This document shows, piece after piece, positions 34,202 to 38,895 of a stretch of DNA of 38,895 nt. Within the stretch, counting starts at the first letter, position 1, and every line of letters starts with the position of its first letter. This DNA is from a bacterium (lineage in GTDB: Bacteria > Patescibacteriota > Minisyncoccia > Moranbacterales > UBA1568), in contig JAKACP010000001.1 of assembly GCA_021821305.1 (NCBI GenBank), positions 707,526 through 746,420 of the forward strand, in the 5' to 3' direction. The position numbers were made by a program, and so were the translations under genes. The notes below the pieces were generated by a model. It ran no database searches and had not been told where the DNA came from. It saw only the letters and a program-made list of their open reading frames with translations.

Positions 34202-35279
34202 ACTCGTCGAGGGCGCGGAGCGAAAGCCCGATCGCCGTTGAATATTGTACCGCTCGTTTCCGGTCTATCGGCGGGATCTTCCCGTCGAGGTTCACGTTCA
34301 CCCATGGGTTTCCGAGCTCGATGTTCTGATGCAGCCGTTTGGACAGGTAGGGAAGGATTCCGTGGGTGTTCGCCCCGCCGCCGCAGAGGATGACCGCGTC
34401 GATAGCCTTGGAGTATCCGATGCTCGTGAAATAGAAATCGAACGAACGCTCGATTTCCGCGGCGAGATTCTCGAGAATAGGCTGTACCGCCTTCAACTGG
34501 GGGCTCGGTATGGCGAGCGACCCCAAACCCGCGGTGATCTTGAGCTTCTCCGCCGCCTCGAAGGACAGTCCCATCTCCTTGGCGATCGCGTCCGTCATCA
34601 TCTGCGAGGACAACGGCACGCTCGACGTGAACACCGGGATATTGCCGACCGCGATGAGGAAGCTCGTCCGGCGATCGCCGAGATCGACGATGAGCGTCGT
34701 CTCATTGTCGTGGTTCTCGGACAGGAGGCTCCGCGCCTGGGCGATCGACTCCGTCTCGAGACCGACGACCTCGAGCCCGGCCTTGCCGAGCACCGATCGG
34801 AACTGGTCCACCATGGACCGCGCCACCGCCACCACGAGCACGCTCACCTTCTCCTCTCCCGGGGAGAACACCGATCCAAGGATCTGCCAATCGTAGTACA
34901 CCTGGTCGAGCGAGAGCGGGATGTTGGCCTCGATCTCCCACTTGATCGCCTCTTTCGCCTCCTCGGGGTCCATTTTCGGGAGGGTGACGATCCGGAGGAA
35001 CGCCTTGGTCTCCGGAAGCGAGCAGACGACTCGACGCGTCTTGATCTTTTTCGGACCGGAGCGCGCGAGCAACGTATGGACCGCCTCGATAATGGCGCTC
35101 TCGTCCATGATCTCGCCATCGACGATGCTCCCCTTTGACAAGGGGACGGATCCGTAGCTCTCCACCCACTCGTCGTCACCCTGGCGGGCGAGCCATACCG
35201 ACTTGAGCGACAGATCGCTCATGTCGAGGCCGAACGGCGGCGGGAAAAAATCGAAAATTTTCTTCTGCAGGAATCCCAT
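34185..35279 (-). CDS. pilM: Type IV pilus assembly protein PilM
   Basis: FGLDMSDLSLK, WEIEANIP, LIVDLGDRRT, ILCGGGA, YSTAIGLSLR. Confidence 0.93.
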   Translation of the reverse strand: MGFLQKKIFDFFPPPFGLDMSDLSLKSVWLARQGDDEWVESYGSVPLSKGSIVDGEIMDESAIIEAVHTLLARSGPKKIKTRRVVCSLPETKAFLRIVTLPKMDPEEAKEAIKWEIEANIPLSLDQVYYDWQILGSVFSPGEEKVSVLVVAVARSMVDQFRSVLGKAGLEVVGLETESIAQARSLLSENHDNETTLIVDLGDRRTSFLIAVGNIPVFTSSVPLSSQMMTDAIAKEMGLSFEAAEKLKITAGLGSLAIPSPQLKAVQPILENLAAEIERSFDFYFTSIGYSKAIDAVILCGGGANTHGILPYLSKRLHQNIELGNPWVNVNLDGKIPPIDRKRAVQYSTAIGLSLRALDEYESVA

Positions 35280-35334
35280 CGGTTTCTTCGTTTCTGTTTA
35301 TGTCACTGCCCTCCCATCATACCACATTCCGTGG

Positions 35335-36738
35335 CTACAATTCTTCCCACAGGTCGATCAGATACTGTGTCCCGGTCGGGAAGTACGGCGGCGGGCCGTA
35401 GAGGAGGTGGTTGTCATAATAAAGATTCCGTATCTGATATCCGGTTCCGTCGGTATAGGCGAATCCGTATCGTTGATTGGTCACGATGGCGCCATAGACC
35501 GTGATGACCGATTTGACGACGTTGCCATAGTGGTCACGCCCGACGCGTCCCTGCGCGGCGACGAGTGCGGCGTCGATACGGAGATCGGTCTCGCTGTCAC
35601 GGATGATCTCCACGTCATTCTGCGCGAGCACGCCGATGACATCGGTCCCGTCATAATTGGTATAGGTGATATCGTTGCCGATGAATACGCTTTTCAACGA
35701 GGAGGACTGCAGGTTAGCAGCCGCTATCGTTACCCGTTCCCCGTTTATGGCCCCCTCGAGCCAGACATGGTTCTCCACGAAAATGACCCCGTTGTCGGGA
35801 ATGGGGTATGTCGCCCATCCGCCCTGGTAATTGTTTATGCCGTTCGTACTCGAATTGAAGCTCCGCACCGTCCGGATGCTGAAAGTGCCGTCCGGATGCA
35901 GGATGATATGCCGTCCCTGGTTCGCGTTGTCGAAATAACGGCTTCCGTTGACGCCGGCCAGCGCCTCGCTCTTCATGTAGGCGAAGTCCCCGAGCACGCC
36001 GTTGAAATCCTTGCTCACCGCGGGGAACTCGCGTCCGGCCTCGAAAACGTCCGTCCGATCCGGCAGGGCCGCGGGCGGCAGGGGGTCCGTCGGGCTGTCG
36101 TGCGTGTGTACGCCGAATTCGTTCCCGCCGGTATGGTCCGGATCGTTGTAGTCCGCAACCGAGCTCGTGACCAGATTGTGCGCGAGCCCGTCGAACCGTA
36201 TGCCCTGGTTCGAATGGAGTTTCCCGAACACCTCCGTCCCCGCGCCGAACCGCATGAAGTCGTTGGCGAGCACCGACCATTCGCTCCACGACGGCCGTCG
36301 GAAACGGACCTGTATCGTCCGGGTGTTCGCGGGATATTTCGTCGTCCAGCCGGTCGATTTCGCCATGGCGACGGTCGATCCTCCGGAAGGCGGGATCACC
36401 TCGATCCGGTATCGGCCGACCACCTCGCCCGATGAGGGATCGGTATAATCGGCCTCATAGGGTACGCCGACGCCGTACGCGGTTCCGGAATCCCAGAAAG
36501 CCTGAATCTGCTGGGTCGTCCGGCCGTCGGTATTGTGCGCGAGGTACCATTTGTAGAAATGGATACCCGATTCGGCGATCTGGAACGACTGCTCGCGCGC
36601 GTTCGTATAGAGGCTGTTCTTGATCTGCGCCGTCACGAACGTGAGGATGGACGTGAGCAGGATGGATACGGACGCCATGATGACGAGCCCGTACGCGAGC
36701 GCCGATCCCTGCCTTGTCCCCGTGCGGTTATTGCGCAT
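35335..36738 (-). CDS. PilX-like minor pilin-associated protein
   Basis: RQGSALAYGLVIM, QSFQIAESGI (PilX N-terminal pattern), GKLHSNQGIRF. Confidence 0.8.
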   Translation of the reverse strand: MRNNRTGTRQGSALAYGLVIMASVSILLTSILTFVTAQIKNSLYTNAREQSFQIAESGIHFYKWYLAHNTDGRTTQQIQAFWDSGTAYGVGVPYEADYTDPSSGEVVGRYRIEVIPPSGGSTVAMAKSTGWTTKYPANTRTIQVRFRRPSWSEWSVLANDFMRFGAGTEVFGKLHSNQGIRFDGLAHNLVTSSVADYNDPDHTGGNEFGVHTHDSPTDPLPPAALPDRTDVFEAGREFPAVSKDFNGVLGDFAYMKSEALAGVNGSRYFDNANQGRHIILHPDGTFSIRTVRSFNSSTNGINNYQGGWATYPIPDNGVIFVENHVWLEGAINGERVTIAAANLQSSSLKSVFIGNDITYTNYDGTDVIGVLAQNDVEIIRDSETDLRIDAALVAAQGRVGRDHYGNVVKSVITVYGAIVTNQRYGFAYTDGTGYQIRNLYYDNHLLYGPPPYFPTGTQYLIDLWEEL

Positions 36739-37360
36739 AGTCGTTGAGATTGCGGAACTCCGTGAACGACTCGATATTGGTGTCGTCCGGGGCGTTGTTG
36801 GGGTCGATATTGATGACCAGGCGGACCTTGGCGAGCCGCGCGGCGCGTATGCTGATCGGGGTGGCGAGCGGATTGTTCACGGTGTCGCCGGGATAGTCCT
36901 CGTTGTAGTAGGTGAAGACCGGTTCGGTCGGTTCGTTCGCGATATCGGAGGCGAGCGTCGTCACCGTCCCGTCCCCGCTCGCGTAGGTCACCGGCTGGGT
37001 CGCGGACGGTTCCCGGATGCCGCGCTTGAAATCCCCGTTATCGAGGAAATAGTGCACGCGTTCCGTCACGCCGTCCTCGTCGATATCGATATACGCGGTC
37101 AGATCGAAATCATCCCCCGCCTCGATCGGATAGTCGCCGTTGTCGCCCTGCCGGACCTTGCGGAGCTCCGAGACCGTCACGCTGACCGCGCGGGAGGCGG
37201 CGGCCGAAGCGAGGCCGGTCTCGACGAGGAACGCGTTCGACTGCCAGCTCCGGAGGAAGAGTATCGTGAACCCCTCCATGGCGACGAGCACGATGAAAAT
37301 CGATACCATCACCTCGACGAGGGTCATGCCGCGAAGCCGATTGTACCGGTTCCGTCCCAT
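36728..37360 (-). CDS. Prepilin (PilW/GspJ-like minor pilin)
   Basis: RG|MTLVEVMVSIFI type IV prepilin cleavage/methylation motif. Confidence 0.85.
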   Translation of the reverse strand: MGRNRYNRLRGMTLVEVMVSIFIVLVAMEGFTILFLRSWQSNAFLVETGLASAAASRAVSVTVSELRKVRQGDNGDYPIEAGDDFDLTAYIDIDEDGVTERVHYFLDNGDFKRGIREPSATQPVTYASGDGTVTTLASDIANEPTEPVFTYYNEDYPGDTVNNPLATPISIRAARLAKVRLVINIDPNNAPDDTNIESFTEFRNLNDYAQ

Positions 37361-37361
37361 A

Positions 37362-38777
37362 TCAGTTCGCGGTCAGGGTTATGGCCTTTTTCTCGAGCAC
37401 GTTGCCGGCGACATCCACGGTCCCCGTGTCCGTCCCGTATCCGGTCGCGCTCGTCTCGATGTCATACGTCCCCGCGACGAGCGCCGGGAGCGCCGTCGGG
37501 AAGAACGCCTGCCCGTTCGCGTTCGTCGTGACCGTCGCATCGTAGACGAGCGTCGCGTTCGTAAGGCGGACCGACGCGCCGGCTATACCGGCTCCGGACA
37601 CGCTGTCGCTCACCGTCACGAGGAGCGACCCGACGGATTTGTCGAGGAGGACGATGGTCGCGGTCTTCGTCTCGCCGGGAAGGACGTCGATCTTCTCTTC
37701 GGCCGCCACGATCGAGTCGCTCCCATGGAAAATCTCGTATCCGGTCTCGCCGGCGCCGAGCGTGAAGACATACTGTCCGTAGCTCTCGTCCGGATAGGAG
37801 ACACTGCCGCTCCCGCCCGTGGTATCGGTCCGGAGGAACGCGTATACCGGGTCGGGCGGATTCGAAAGCGTGACGGTGCCGAGCTGTCGTCCTCCCTCGA
37901 GCGTGAAGTCGATATCCGGAATCGCGGTACCGAACGGGTCCTTCGTCGCGATCGTGATGTCGGCTTCCCGGTCCATGACGAGGGACTTCTGGTTGATCGA
38001 CCCGGCGACGACGGACGCATGGAGATCGAGCGGATCGAACGATGACGCCGGAGGAGCCGGATACGTCCGGGCTCCGTAGTATCCCGCCTTCGTCACGATG
38101 ATCTCGTACTCCTGGTTGCTCGGGGCGGCGCCGAGCCGTATGAGGTTGCCGGTCGCGTCGGTGAGGTCGGTGAAGTCGAGTCCGAGGGTCGTGTTCACGA
38201 CCCGGACCGTGGCGCCGGGAACGCCGGAACCGGACGCATCGAGCACGTTGATCGACAACACGCCCGTATTCGAGGCGGACTCCACGCCGTCGGGAGAAAC
38301 CGTCGTGAAGGTCACCACCTCGTGCGCCCACCCGCCCGTGCCCCACGATACCGCGATGCGCACGCTCTTGTAGTCCGTCGGAGATGAGTCGTTCGGACTG
38401 CCACCGACGGTCCCGTCGTACGGATCGTCGATATACCTCACCGACGTGTGCACCTCATAGGTCGAATTGCTCGCGGCGACGGTCTCGTATTCGAGGATAT
38501 CGCCGGCGGGAATGCCGTATACCCATGCGGAGCCGTTCCAGTACTTCGTGCCGATGATGTCGTAGTCGAGGCTCCGGACGATCTCCATCCTCTGGTTCGC
38601 GAGCGCCGTCGCGCCGAGCCGGTTGCGCGCGTCGAGCATATGCTGCGTGCTGAGCGACCAGGTCGAATAGAAGCTCGTGGTGATGACGGAAAAGAGAAAG
38701 AGGAGCGTCAGCGCCTCGATGAGCGTGAAACCCGCCGCCTTGTTCCTTGTTCCTTGTTCCTTGTTTCTTGGCATCAT
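37362..38777 (-). CDS. Prepilin (PilV-like) with carboxypeptidase-regulatory-like repeats
   Basis: AG|[10 protein letters not shown]. Repeated [19 protein letters not shown] and [14 protein letters not shown] modules. Confidence 0.85.
   Translation of the reverse strand: MMPRNKEQGTRNKAAGFTLIEALTLLFLFSVITTSFYSTWSLSTQHMLDARNRLGATALANQRMEIVRSLDYDIIGTKYWNGSAWVYGIPAGDILEYETVAASNSTYEVHTSVRYIDDPYDGTVGGSPNDSSPTDYKSVRIAVSWGTGGWAHEVVTFTTVSPDGVESASNTGVLSINVLDASGSGVPGATVRVVNTTLGLDFTDLTDATGNLIRLGAAPSNQEYEIIVTKAGYYGARTYPAPPASSFDPLDLHASVVAGSINQKSLVMDREADITIATKDPFGTAIPDIDFTLEGGRQLGTVTLSNPPDPVYAFLRTDTTGGSGSVSYPDESYGQYVFTLGAGETGYEIFHGSDSIVAAEEKIDVLPGETKTATIVLLDKSVGSLLVTVSDSVSGAGIAGASVRLTNATLVYDATVTTNANGQAFFPTALPALVAGTYDIETSATGYGTDTGTVDVAGNVLEKKAITLTAN
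38738..38765 (-). repeat. Perfect heptamer tract (AACAAGG)x4 in the prepilin leader
   Basis: CCTTGTT x4 on the + strand plus a degenerate fifth unit; encodes [10 protein letters not shown]. Confidence 0.9.
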
Positions 38778-38895
38778 TTGATATTTTCCAGCACGCTGTA
38801 CATCGGCTGGAGCATGGCGATCGCGAAAAATCCGACTCCGCCGCCGATGAAGAGCATGAGTACCGGCTCGATGATGGACGACATGTTCTTGGTGA
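38774..38895 (-). CDS. pilC: PilC / type II secretion system F family protein, C-terminal fragment
   Basis: Manual translation ...[39 protein letters not shown]-stop. Confidence 0.9.
   Translation of the reverse strand, partial: TKNMSSIIEPVLMLFIGGGVGFFAIAMLQPMYSVLENIK

Noticed and set aside
1-38895. Alternative genetic code 25 (TGA=Gly) as in Gracilibacteria/Absconditabacteria
   Set aside because: TGA ends genes at the expected positions (tmk, rarA, pilC), and conserved genes show no in-frame TGA.

Overview
This looks like a high-GC chromosomal segment from a Patescibacteria/CPR (Parcubacteria-like) bacterium. That placement is inferred from gene content: a minimal mraZ-rsmH-ftsL-ftsI cluster, lamin-tail/PKD and DUF5671 surface proteins, a pilC-minor pilin-pilMNO locus and mostly SD-less starts. 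The window opens with the dcw mini-cluster (1-3.7 kb). Next come housekeeping, repair and orphan genes (cspA, tmk, Cas4-like nuclease, S9 hydrolase, ExoX-like exonuclease, a stand-alone Mu Gam homologue, GIY-YIG). An integrase-less, lower-GC defence island (~14.4-21.2 kb) lies at the 3' end of tRNA-Arg(TCT). It carries an AbrB-like micro-regulator, Type III R-M (mod, res) and a separately promoted XRE-HTH / ImmA-IrrE protease / uncharacterised PD-(D/E)XK nuclease operon. Stress and repair genes follow (M23, Ogt-like, VOC, SOUL, bcp, rarA, acyP, xth), then miaB, rlmN and the type IV pilus locus. Four observations stand out. (1) About ten mostly orphan genes share one layout: sigma70 promoter, boxA-like GTWCWTT motif, strong SD, ORF, usually their own terminator. 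Conserved genes instead lack an SD and mostly start at TATG. (2) The protease-controlled nuclease module in the island. (3) A two-copy ~130-bp heptamer-periodic hairpin element. (4) A perfect (AACAAGG)4 tract inside a prepilin leader. No CRISPR array, rRNA, transposase or integrase was seen.
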